The position numbers and the translations under genes are program-made. From NCBI GenBank assembly GCA_049472355.1, contig JBLIRP010000049.1, positions 1-28,471 on the forward strand: a stretch of DNA of 28,471 nucleotides. The letters run 5' to 3'. Shown in pieces: positions 7,472 through 15,190 of the stretch; position 1 is the first letter of the stretch, and the number at the start of each line of letters is the position of its first letter. The stretch is from a bacterium. Lineage in GTDB: Bacteria; SZUA-182; DTGQ01; JAFGSM01. The notes under the pieces were generated by a model. The model was not told the DNA's origin, did not search any database, and worked only from the letters and a program-made list of their open reading frames with translations.

Positions 7472-9043
7472 TCAGGAGGGGTCCTGTGCCCCTTTTCCGG
7501 ATGTCTGGCCCACGGGTCCCATCGGTCCGGGCGCATGCGGTTCATCCGGCGACCTTTTTTCAACCCCGCTCAATTCATTGAGGTATCGGGTGAATTCCTC
7601 CTGGTCGGGGGTATGGGCAAGTGCGATCTCATCGCATACCGCCCCGATCTCGTCTCGTCCCCGGGCATCGGGAGGGATCTGCTCTGCCCAGAGGATGAGC
7701 GCCGCAAGGAAGAGGGAGATGTCCTGTTGCTGTTCCAGGGCGATTTTCTCCTTGAAATAGGAGGCAATCCTTTGCATGGTGTTTCTGCGGATTCTCCTTG
7801 ATATCGGGAGGAGTATCGCCGCCGCAACAAGGAAGGTGAGGGCGCCTATCTGAATCCCGGGGATACGATGCCCCAGTTTTGCTGCGAACATGGGAATCGC
7901 GATGGCGAGCAATGTAAAGAGAACGAAGAGAAGGTGGATGACGCGCCGTGCGCCCCTGTCGTCCGCCTCCTCCCTCGATCCCTGGTACAGGTTGGAAAAA
8001 TAGGTAAAGAGCTTGTCCTTCTGAGCTTGCAGGGCAGAGGGTGGCCCGGGCGGGGGAGAGGTGCCGACGATATCGGGTTGTGTTTCGGCAGGGCCTTTTC
8101 GCCCCTTCACCTTGTCGTCTGCCGTCTCCTTCGTCTCTTCGGACAGGGCACCGGAAGGGGTAGGAGGCGTATCCGGCCGGGATGGAGACGATGGGGTCGG
8201 CCCGGCCCGGCGAGGGGTGACCTCGGTGATCTTAATCTCGTCGGTTTCCTGCTTCTGCTGCAACTCTTCCTGTTTTTGCTTTTTTTTAATGAACTCTATA
8301 TAGCGCGCAATGATGATGCCGCACCTGACGCATTCAGGTCCCTCCTTTTGCTTATGCCCGCATTTCGGGCAGGTCATAAGGGGTGGGGCTGCGCCTGCCC
8401 GAGGGGATGGGGGTGCGGAGGGAGGGGATGGGGAAGCGCCTGCCGAAGGGTGCGGAGGTGTGGACGATTGGGGCGAGGAAGCGCCTGTCGGAGTTTTCGG
8501 GGGAGCAGAAGCGGGGAATGAAGATGCATCTGCCGGGGCCTTTGGCGAAGTGGAAGGACGGGATGTAGATGTATCTGCCTGAGGGCGTGGAGGTGCGGAG
8601 TCCTGTGATGGGGAAGCGCCTGCCGAAGGGTGCGGTGGCGTGGATGGTTGCGGTGAAGAGGTGGAAGGTCCGGGTGCGTCTTCGCCTGCCGGAGGGGATG
8701 GGGGTGCGGAGGGATGGGATGGGGACGCGCCTGCAGGTGTCTGTTTCGGGCCGGTGGGCCGGGGTGAGGCGGGGGGAGCGGTTGTCTTCCGGGGTTCGCC
8801 GATCCCCTTTTCCGGGCGGAAGATCTTGCATTGTACCCCCGCTTGTTTGAAGGGGCCGTAGATCTTGAGCGCGGTTTGATAATCGATGTTTTCTGCGATG
8901 GTGATCGGGGCAAGGGAAAAGAGATTGTCCACCCTGCTGCGGCTCCATTTGAAGATCCTGCACAGCTCGTTTTTGACCTCCTCCAGGTCGCGTCCCTGCA
9001 AGACCTTTCCTTCAAAGATGATCTTGAAACATTTCTCAGTCAT
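7472..9043 (-). CDS. Membrane protein: small N-terminal domain, Pro/Ser/Ala repeat linker, CxxC-CxxC zinc ribbon, two C-terminal TM helices
   Basis: GGAGG RBS. N-terminal FKIIFEGKVLQGRDLEEVKNELCRIFK. Zn ribbon CPKCGHKQKEGPECVRCG. Hydrophobic VIHLLFVLFTLLAIAIPMFA and IGALTFLVAAAILLPI. Confidence 0.8.
   Translation of the reverse strand: MTEKCFKIIFEGKVLQGRDLEEVKNELCRIFKWSRSRVDNLFSLAPITIAENIDYQTALKIYGPFKQAGVQCKIFRPEKGIGEPRKTTAPPASPRPTGPKQTPAGASPSHPSAPPSPPAGEDAPGPSTSSPQPSTPPHPSAGASPSQDSAPPRPQADTSTSRPSTSPKAPADASSFPASAPPKTPTGASSPQSSTPPHPSAGASPSPPSAPPSPRAGAAPPLMTCPKCGHKQKEGPECVRCGIIIARYIEFIKKKQKQEELQQKQETDEIKITEVTPRRAGPTPSSPSRPDTPPTPSGALSEETKETADDKVKGRKGPAETQPDIVGTSPPPGPPSALQAQKDKLFTYFSNLYQGSREEADDRGARRVIHLLFVLFTLLAIAIPMFAAKLGHRIPGIQIGALTFLVAAAILLPISRRIRRNTMQRIASYFKEKIALEQQQDISLFLAALILWAEQIPPDARGRDEIGAVCDEIALAHTPDQEEFTRYLNELSGVEKRSPDEPHAPGPMGPVGQTSGKGAQDPS
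8390..8735 (-). repeat. Intragenic degenerate tandem repeats of about 45 bp (15 aa)
   Basis: Units AGASPSHPSAPPSPP, AGASPSQDSAPPRPQ, ADTSTSRPSTSPKAP, ADASSFPASAPPKTP, TGASSPQSSTPPHPS, AGASPSPPSAPPSPR. Exact 29-bp DNA copies at 8427-8455 and 8607-8635; exact 23-bp copies at 8401-8423 and 8692-8714. Confidence 0.85.
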
Positions 9044-9067
9044 GAGACCTCCTGTGCCGGGCGATCA

Positions 9068-9730
9068 TCATTCCCTTCCCGCATCCCCGTCTCCTATTCC
9101 CACCTTTTCCCTTATTGCGTCGGCATCGAGATCCTCGATCAGCTTGACGAGGTGGGTCCAGATCCTGTGATATCCGAACCCCCCGGTGGTCATTTCCGCT
9201 ATCGCATCCTGTTTTGACCATCCGCAGACAACGACCCGATACACCGCCACCATCACCCCGGTGCGGTCCGCCCCGTGCATACAGTGCACGAAGACCGGTG
9301 TCCGCTCCTTGTCGGTCACAATCTGCAGGAAATGCACGATATCCTTCTCTGACGGATACCACGCGCCGACCCGGATGTGCTCGTTTTCAAGCCCGGTGTC
9401 ATCGATTTCGTCCTTGTCCGAATGGAATGTACGCAGGTTTATAACGGTTTTGATCCCCAATTCCTTGAGCCGGCGCATCCCTTCAGCGGTAGGCTGGGCG
9501 CCGCGGTACAGGTCATCGCTCACCTTGTACAGGTTGGGAAGCCCCTCGTATTCGAGTGGTTGCGCCCAATGTGCCGGGCGTGGCTCTATCCCTGAATCTC
9601 CCATGGTTTCAGAAATCCCGGGAATCATACCCACAAGGAGAACCGATACAAGTACACACCCCCATATTCCGTTGAGTCCGGGAAACCATGCCTTTGTGTG
9701 ACAATTCGCGATGATTCCAGTGGATTTCAC
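9068..9730 (-). CDS. Cys-based (CX5R) dual-specificity/tyrosine phosphatase, atypical DSP type, with N-terminal hydrophobic leader
   Basis: Motifs NLYKVSDDLYRGAQP, LGIKTVINLR and PVFVHCMHGADRTG. GTG start after GGAGGGG. Hydrophobic GIWGCVLVSVLLVGMIPG. Confidence 0.9.
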   Translation of the reverse strand: MKSTGIIANCHTKAWFPGLNGIWGCVLVSVLLVGMIPGISETMGDSGIEPRPAHWAQPLEYEGLPNLYKVSDDLYRGAQPTAEGMRRLKELGIKTVINLRTFHSDKDEIDDTGLENEHIRVGAWYPSEKDIVHFLQIVTDKERTPVFVHCMHGADRTGVMVAVYRVVVCGWSKQDAIAEMTTGGFGYHRIWTHLVKLIEDLDADAIREKVGIGDGDAGRE

Positions 9731-10057
9731 CCCTGACTGCTGTCCCCTCCGTAATGCCGCCGTTGTATCATTGCCGAATAGTATGCCGGTGCGTTCACAC
9801 CTCCCCGCTCACAGGAATTGCCTCAGCCGGTGATCCCCTGCGACGGGCTGCTTCGCCGGGCATCGGAATGGATTGTGGCCTGGATTGCATCCGGCTTCCC
9901 GGAATAAAATTATCGCATCCTGCAATGGATTTGTAAACACGCGAAAGGCTCGTGACAGCAATTCTCATTTTGATCCCGCAATGTCGTGGGCAGACATGTC
10001 TGCCTGCGCTCCCGGCCCGAAGATCCAAATATTCCGCACCATTCGTTGAATGAGATA

Positions 10058-10474
10058 TCATTTGCCCTCAATGGGGTACCGGGATCTCATCCACTCGTCC
10101 CAGCCTCCGGAGAGGGTGTAGACCTTTTTGAATCCCTTCGATTTGAGCCTTTGCGCCAGACCCGCACTGGTCGAAACATTCGGGGATGCGCAATAGAGGA
10201 TGATCGTATCCTCCTTCGGATACTTCTGTAACCAGGAGGTTACCTTTTCGGGCCCCTCCCGCAGGGCGCCCTTGATCATGAAGTCACTTTTTTTCCAGTC
10301 CGTTTCGGTGCGCACATCCAGAATGGTCGGATCGGTGAATTCAATAAGCACCCGGAGATCCTCTTTGGTGATTCCGGATGCTGCATCGGCTGCCATGGCC
10401 GAACATACGCTCACGGCGAGCATGAGCAGGAGGAGCGATATCCCCCTGCACCGCATGAGAGTTTGGTCTAACAT
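10058..10474 (-). CDS. Rhodanese-like domain protein with signal peptide
   Basis: Motifs ILDVR, IKGALR, IILYCASPN and GFKKVYTLSGGWDEW. Leader SLLLLMLAVSVCSAMA. Starts 3 nt after the TIM-barrel stop. Confidence 0.85.
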   Translation of the reverse strand: MLDQTLMRCRGISLLLLMLAVSVCSAMAADAASGITKEDLRVLIEFTDPTILDVRTETDWKKSDFMIKGALREGPEKVTSWLQKYPKEDTIILYCASPNVSTSAGLAQRLKSKGFKKVYTLSGGWDEWMRSRYPIEGK

Positions 10475-10477
10475 GAT

Positions 10478-11356
10478 TTATTCCCCCTCAAGGTCGTTAC
10501 TGTCCCGAGCGTGGACTGTTCCATTCCCTTGCCGGTGCTGATCGGCCATGACGAGCAGCCTCTCCCGTGCCCGATTGAGGAGTGACGGTGGATCCGGCCA
10601 CTGCTCCAGGATGATGGAGCCGGAAAAACCGCGCTTCTTCAGCCGGTCGAGGAAACCCTGAAGGCCGCTGGTATCCCGGGCTGAAGGTCCTGTAAAGACA
10701 AGAAGATGACTGTCCCTGTCCCCGAAGTTTTCGTGGAGATGGACATGGATGATCGGGACTTCCGGATCGAGCCGGTCAAAGAACCGCAGGTAGTCGTTCA
10801 CCGTCGAAGGGGAGAGGTTCGCGTGCCCCAGGTCCAGGCACATCCCTACGTGAGAGGCCTTTCGTGCCCGGGATGCGCGAAGATGGGAGAATACCCCGTT
10901 TATGTCCTCGGGTGAGGTATGGGGGGTGTTTTCGATGGCGAGACTGATCCCCATGGCAGCGGTATGCTCCATAATGTGGTCTATTGCGGGAATGAAACGT
11001 ACTGCCTCGGCGCATAGATGGATGGTGAAGAGGGTGGCGCCGATTTCACGGGCAAATGAAATCCCCTGCAGCATATGGTCATGTCCCATTGGGGTGAAGG
11101 GATCTGATCCCCCCGGCGCATGGACGGAGAGGGTTATGCCGTTGGCACGGGCGGTCTGGCTGATGGAACGGCGGGTCCGGTGGTTGATGTCGGTGATTGA
11201 AAACCCCGCGCCGTTCCCCTTCTTGTCGGGAAACCATTCGAATGCATCGAAGCCGCCGGCGACCGCATACTCGAAGGGGAGCAGGGGGTATCTGGCAGCA
11301 TACGAGGTTTGGTTGCCGATCCTGAAGGGTCTTCCTTCGCTATTGATCCCTTTCAC
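10478..11356 (-). CDS. Xylose isomerase-like / AP-endonuclease-2 family TIM-barrel metalloenzyme (sugar-phosphate isomerase/epimerase annotation class)
   Basis: Motifs GFDAFEW, LSVHAP, FTIH, LAIENT, CLDLGHAN, HVHLHENFGDRDSHL and IILE. The GTG start overlaps the last 17 nt of the dikinase gene. Confidence 0.85.
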   Translation of the reverse strand: MKGINSEGRPFRIGNQTSYAARYPLLPFEYAVAGGFDAFEWFPDKKGNGAGFSITDINHRTRRSISQTARANGITLSVHAPGGSDPFTPMGHDHMLQGISFAREIGATLFTIHLCAEAVRFIPAIDHIMEHTAAMGISLAIENTPHTSPEDINGVFSHLRASRARKASHVGMCLDLGHANLSPSTVNDYLRFFDRLDPEVPIIHVHLHENFGDRDSHLLVFTGPSARDTSGLQGFLDRLKKRGFSGSIILEQWPDPPSLLNRARERLLVMADQHRQGNGTVHARDSNDLEGE

Positions 11357-14300
11357 CCTTTCGCTCCGGGAGCCCTACCTGGGGACGCGCCTGGACCACG
11401 AAATATTCCCCGCGGGCATAGGCCCCTTCGATATCCTGGGGGCAGCCCAGGACATGCTCTGTTGCAATGCCGACCCTGGTGATTCCCAGGAGAAGGTCTC
11501 GCCTGAAATTCTCATCCTGCACCATGGGCTCGTGGGAATAGTCGAGGACCACGCTGCGGGAAGGCCTCGACAGGACGCTGTCGTAGAGCCCTGCCCCCGC
11601 GTAGCCGGCGAGGTCCTCGGCGTTTGAATCCGAGCGGAAGATGAGCCCTGTGCCGAAGATGCCGGTGCCCTTGCTCGGATATGAGAGCACCCGCGGTTCG
11701 GGATGCCCCTTGTCTGAGACGAATCCCAGTGCCCTGCCGGGGTGGTTTCCGACCAGGGTCTCGCCCAATCCCACCACCACCTCCGCATAGAGTTCATGCC
11801 TGTTCCCGGTGAAGGGATTGGCGGTGTGGATCACGAATGCGTATTCCGCCTCCACCACCTCCTGGATGAGCACCGCCATGAACAGATCCCGATGCCTCAA
11901 TCCCCATGCCCTGCGGCTCAGGTATGCCCGTTCGTTCCACTTGGACGCCCATACCCGTTTGATGCATTCCCATATATGATCACAGTCTCCCCTGAAGCGG
12001 AGCCCCGCCTCCTCCATGGTTCCCTTGAGGGAGGGCATGAACCCCTCCGGCTGATCGAGGAGCATGAGACAGGCGCGCACCTCCTGGAGGGTTTTCGCCG
12101 GGTGTCTTCCGATCCCCCGGGTGAGATCCGCGTAACGCTGCGCAATCACATGGTTTTTTCGATCGGAGAGCACCGCGTCGAATGCACCGAAGGGAAGGGC
12201 CATCGAGGCGGGTATGCGGATCCATGCAGGCAGCGCATCGGCAAGGCGTTTCAGGTTGAAGGACTTCCCCCCTACGACCGCTCTTCTAAAATATCCCAAC
12301 CCCACCGGCCGGGCAAAGGTATCCACCTGTGAAGACATATCCGGCCGGGCAAGAACAGTGTGCCGCATGCGAGGGGATACCCGTTCCCCCCTTCTTTTCT
12401 TTCCTCGCCCTTCCGCCATAAGCACCTCCCCGGATGCGGAGGAGGTGAGCCGGATGTAATGCCCTTCCAGGGCGACAATACGATCAATGGTGTCCCTGTC
12501 GTAGCAGGTGGCAAAGAGAAGCCCGGTGTTGCGTGCCCGGATTGCTATATGGGAGACACAATCGACTATGTCGGTGGTGAGAAGGGCGGTGATTCCCTCG
12601 GGGATCTCCTCCTCGCCGGTGATGCCTCGGGCAACCACTACGGTGGGGGTGGGAAACGCTTTTCCCTGGATCGATCGGAGGCGGTCCACCACCATGACGA
12701 TCCCATCTCCGCTGCCGGGGCTGATGACCTGCCAGTTCCCGAGCTCGGCCAGGGTGCGCAGCAGCGGGGTGAGGCGATGCACGAACTGCGACAGGACAAA
12801 GGCGAGTCCCCCTCGCACCACCTCCTCGCTGAACAGGTTGATGCTCCAGGCCTCGGCGCCGAGCGCATCCCCCAGCGATTCCGCCACGGGCTGGATGTGC
12901 CGGGAGAGGTCATCGATGAATACGCCGATGGCACGCTCCAGCCGCTCCAGCACGGATGCCGCCTGGAGGGACCATTCCCGGTCCATGCGGCGGTCTTCCA
13001 TGAGCCGGTCCCAATGGCGGCAGCATGCGGCGATCTCCTCATCATCCCGGATAAGGACCATGTTTTTGAGCACCAGGCCGATGATCTCGACAAGCTGGTT
13101 TCCGTCGAAGTCATGGTGGAGGTTTCGCTCGGCAGCCGAGCGCAGGAGCCCTTGCAGTGCGAGGTCGAGAAAGAGAAGATCGCGGATCTGTTCGGGATTT
13201 CCTTTCATATGCGGGGACTCGTGGATATGGGTGCGGACCGTGGTGATTCGGGAGAGGAGGTCCGTCAGGGAGGCGGCTGTGGTATCCCGATGGCGCCGGA
13301 TAAACCGGAGCTGGTCGTTCGTCCTTTTATCGAGGTGCGGTTCGGCTGATTCCATGGCATTTTCGAGGTCGGTAGCCGAGTACACCGATTTGAGGATCTT
13401 CAGGTATCCCTCGAAGTCCTCGATCAGCGCCTCCTGTATATCCGGATAAAACTCCGGCTCTGTGCGAATGGGCCGCTCGAAGCCCTCCAGGCGACTTCTT
13501 CCGACCCCGCCCTCATCGAGTGTTGCATAGAACAGGTCCAGATCCCCGCCGCTTCTGAGGAAGGCAAGATATGCCTCGCTGATGACGATGTCATCCGGTG
13601 TGGCATTGTTGTGGAGCTTCTGGTGCCACTCCTCCAGAAAATTGCCGGCCACCTCCTTGATCCGGTGCCTGTGCATGATATGGAGGAATTCGTCCCGTAT
13701 GCGCTGGCCCTCTCCACCCCTGCCCACGGTGGTCATGATCAGACGCATCCATTCGCGCGTCTTCGGTCCGCCCTTGCAGAAGTTGTCCGCAAGCCTCAGG
13801 GTAAGCCGGTCCAGGGCATGGCTCAGCTCCCGGGGTTGGGTGTTGTAGCTGCGTTGCCAGGTCAGTTGCCGTATGGCGGAAAGGCGCAGCCACACGTAGA
13901 GCAGGGCCAATCCCTCGATGTCTTCACCCACCCGCTCCACGAGGTCGAAGGCGAGATTGTACCGGTGCATCAGCGACCAGGAGCCGCTCCTCGTTTCGGA
14001 ATGGATGATTTCAGCGGCAATACCGGAAAGCAAAGGGGATGGGCCCGACGACGACTGATACGATATGTCACGGAGGGGGATGGAGAAATTGCGGCCGTTG
14101 TTCCTGATCCACTGTCCCGTATCGGGCTGCCACAGCAGGAAGGAGATGCCCTGTGGCGCATGTGCCCTTCTGAAGTCCAGGCGGATTCGATTGATCCCCT
14201 CCCGCTCGGAAAAGGGGGTCCGGGCGGCGGATCGCTTAAACAGGGTGGTGCCGGGAGGGCGTATGGAGGGAGCGGGCAGGGACCATTCATCCCGATGATT

Positions 14301-14861
14301 GCGCCGCGTCACGCCCCAGTGGAGGATAAGGGGGCCGGGCACGTTGGTCACCAGGGTTACCCGCACGACGTCCTCCTCACGGGTGACCGCACCTGCCAGA
14401 TTGCCCTCCTCGAATCGGTAGAGGTGCTCGAACATCACGGCTTCCTGAGCGATCTCCTCTTTGAGGACATCGAAGGGGGAGGGCGAGACCTTGATGGCGG
14501 GCAATTCGATGCGGTAATTCTCTCCGTTGTTGTTATCCCAGGATTCCTCCTCCGGAAAGAAGAGGGCGAAATCGATGAGGGAGAAGTCCGGGGAACGAGG
14601 GAGCCGAATGCGGATGCGTCCCTCCCCGTTATCGAGACTGAAGGGGGTTTGCACCGCGTCCGGGCCGATCTGCCGGGTTCCCTCGGGCCAGTGGGTGCGT
14701 GGCGGAATCCTCCATGGTGAGTGGGGATGACGGCTGAGCCCCCAGTGAAGGAGGCAGTGCCTCCTCGGATTCAACCGCAGAAGCACCTCGATCCCGTGGG
14801 CGGCAATGCGCTTTTCCACATGGAGACTGAGGCCCTTCCCCGTTTTTATTTCTTCAGTCAC
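11340..14861 (-). CDS. gwd: Alpha-glucan, water dikinase (plant GWD1/R1/SEX1-type): 2x CBM45, central GWD domain, phospho-His domain, PPDK-type nucleotide-binding domain
   Basis: Two LLHWG/ILHWG...W..P....P.GT....A..TPF...W..NNG.N(Y/F) modules. Central WLRLSAIRQLTWQRSYNTQPRELSHALDRLT, LIMTTVGRGGEGQRIRDE and EEWHQKLHNNATPDDIVISEA. GEEEIPEG and DCVSHIAIRARN (catalytic His). C-terminal VWASKWNERAY, MAVLIQEV, YAFVIHTANP, GLGETLVG, FRSDSNAEDLAGYAGAGLYDSV, PQDIEG and VVQARPQV. Likely start is the GTG at 14861 (AAGGATAAGGGAA upstream); the ORF track starts at 14939. Confidence 0.92.
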   Translation of the reverse strand: MTEEIKTGKGLSLHVEKRIAAHGIEVLLRLNPRRHCLLHWGLSRHPHSPWRIPPRTHWPEGTRQIGPDAVQTPFSLDNGEGRIRIRLPRSPDFSLIDFALFFPEEESWDNNNGENYRIELPAIKVSPSPFDVLKEEIAQEAVMFEHLYRFEEGNLAGAVTREEDVVRVTLVTNVPGPLILHWGVTRRNHRDEWSLPAPSIRPPGTTLFKRSAARTPFSEREGINRIRLDFRRAHAPQGISFLLWQPDTGQWIRNNGRNFSIPLRDISYQSSSGPSPLLSGIAAEIIHSETRSGSWSLMHRYNLAFDLVERVGEDIEGLALLYVWLRLSAIRQLTWQRSYNTQPRELSHALDRLTLRLADNFCKGGPKTREWMRLIMTTVGRGGEGQRIRDEFLHIMHRHRIKEVAGNFLEEWHQKLHNNATPDDIVISEAYLAFLRSGGDLDLFYATLDEGGVGRSRLEGFERPIRTEPEFYPDIQEALIEDFEGYLKILKSVYSATDLENAMESAEPHLDKRTNDQLRFIRRHRDTTAASLTDLLSRITTVRTHIHESPHMKGNPEQIRDLLFLDLALQGLLRSAAERNLHHDFDGNQLVEIIGLVLKNMVLIRDDEEIAACCRHWDRLMEDRRMDREWSLQAASVLERLERAIGVFIDDLSRHIQPVAESLGDALGAEAWSINLFSEEVVRGGLAFVLSQFVHRLTPLLRTLAELGNWQVISPGSGDGIVMVVDRLRSIQGKAFPTPTVVVARGITGEEEIPEGITALLTTDIVDCVSHIAIRARNTGLLFATCYDRDTIDRIVALEGHYIRLTSSASGEVLMAEGRGKKRRGERVSPRMRHTVLARPDMSSQVDTFARPVGLGYFRRAVVGGKSFNLKRLADALPAWIRIPASMALPFGAFDAVLSDRKNHVIAQRYADLTRGIGRHPAKTLQEVRACLMLLDQPEGFMPSLKGTMEEAGLRFRGDCDHIWECIKRVWASKWNERAYLSRRAWGLRHRDLFMAVLIQEVVEAEYAFVIHTANPFTGNRHELYAEVVVGLGETLVGNHPGRALGFVSDKGHPEPRVLSYPSKGTGIFGTGLIFRSDSNAEDLAGYAGAGLYDSVLSRPSRSVVLDYSHEPMVQDENFRRDLLLGITRVGIATEHVLGCPQDIEGAYARGEYFVVQARPQVGLPERKGERDQ

Positions 14862-15036
14862 TTCCCTTATCCTTATGATTCCTTTGGTTTTTTGGCATAC
14901 AAAACCATTTCGCACATATCCCGGATGACGGCCGTGCAAGGGTATACGAAGTCCGAGGAATGACGGAATCGCATTTATTCTATAGCAGCGGAAAAGGAAA
15001 AGTCCAGCATGAAAGACGCAAGAAACAGCACAGGTT

Positions 15037-15164
15037 TGGGGTCAGGTCTTGAACTGTCAGTTTTTCTCGAAAATAAACCTTTTGTTTATTTTCATGCTTC
15101 GTGGCGCCGCTAAAGCGGCATGAGGGTTTGCTCCGAAAAACTGATATTTCAAGACCTGACCCCA
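15037..15164. repeat. 128-bp palindromic REP/MITE-like element with 30-bp inverted ends enclosing a second repeat unit
   Basis: 15037-15066 TGGGGTCAGGTCTTGAActgTCAGTTTTTC vs the reverse complement of 15135-15164 TGGGGTCAGGTCTTGAAataTCAGTTTTTC (28/30). Inner hairpins GAAAATAAAC/GTTTATTTTC and GCCGC-taaa-GCGGC. Confidence 0.85.
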
Positions 15165-15190
15165 TTTTGTTCATTTTGTTCGAGAGGCCC

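Noticed and set aside
9068..9730. Direct SEX4/LSF2/laforin orthologue
   Set aside because: The active-site loop HCMHGADRTG differs from the glucan-phosphatase HCxAGxGR type, there is no CBM20/48, and it has a probable export signal. Kept only as a hypothesis.
11340..14939. Annotation as PEP synthase / pyruvate phosphate dikinase
   Set aside because: The nucleotide-binding domain is C-terminal, there is no PEP/pyruvate-binding barrel, and CBM45-like and GWD-specific blocks are present.
11340..14939. Plant or algal contamination
   Set aside because: No introns or transit peptide, overlap with a bacterial TIM-barrel gene, and composition matching the flanks. Read-level confirmation is still needed.
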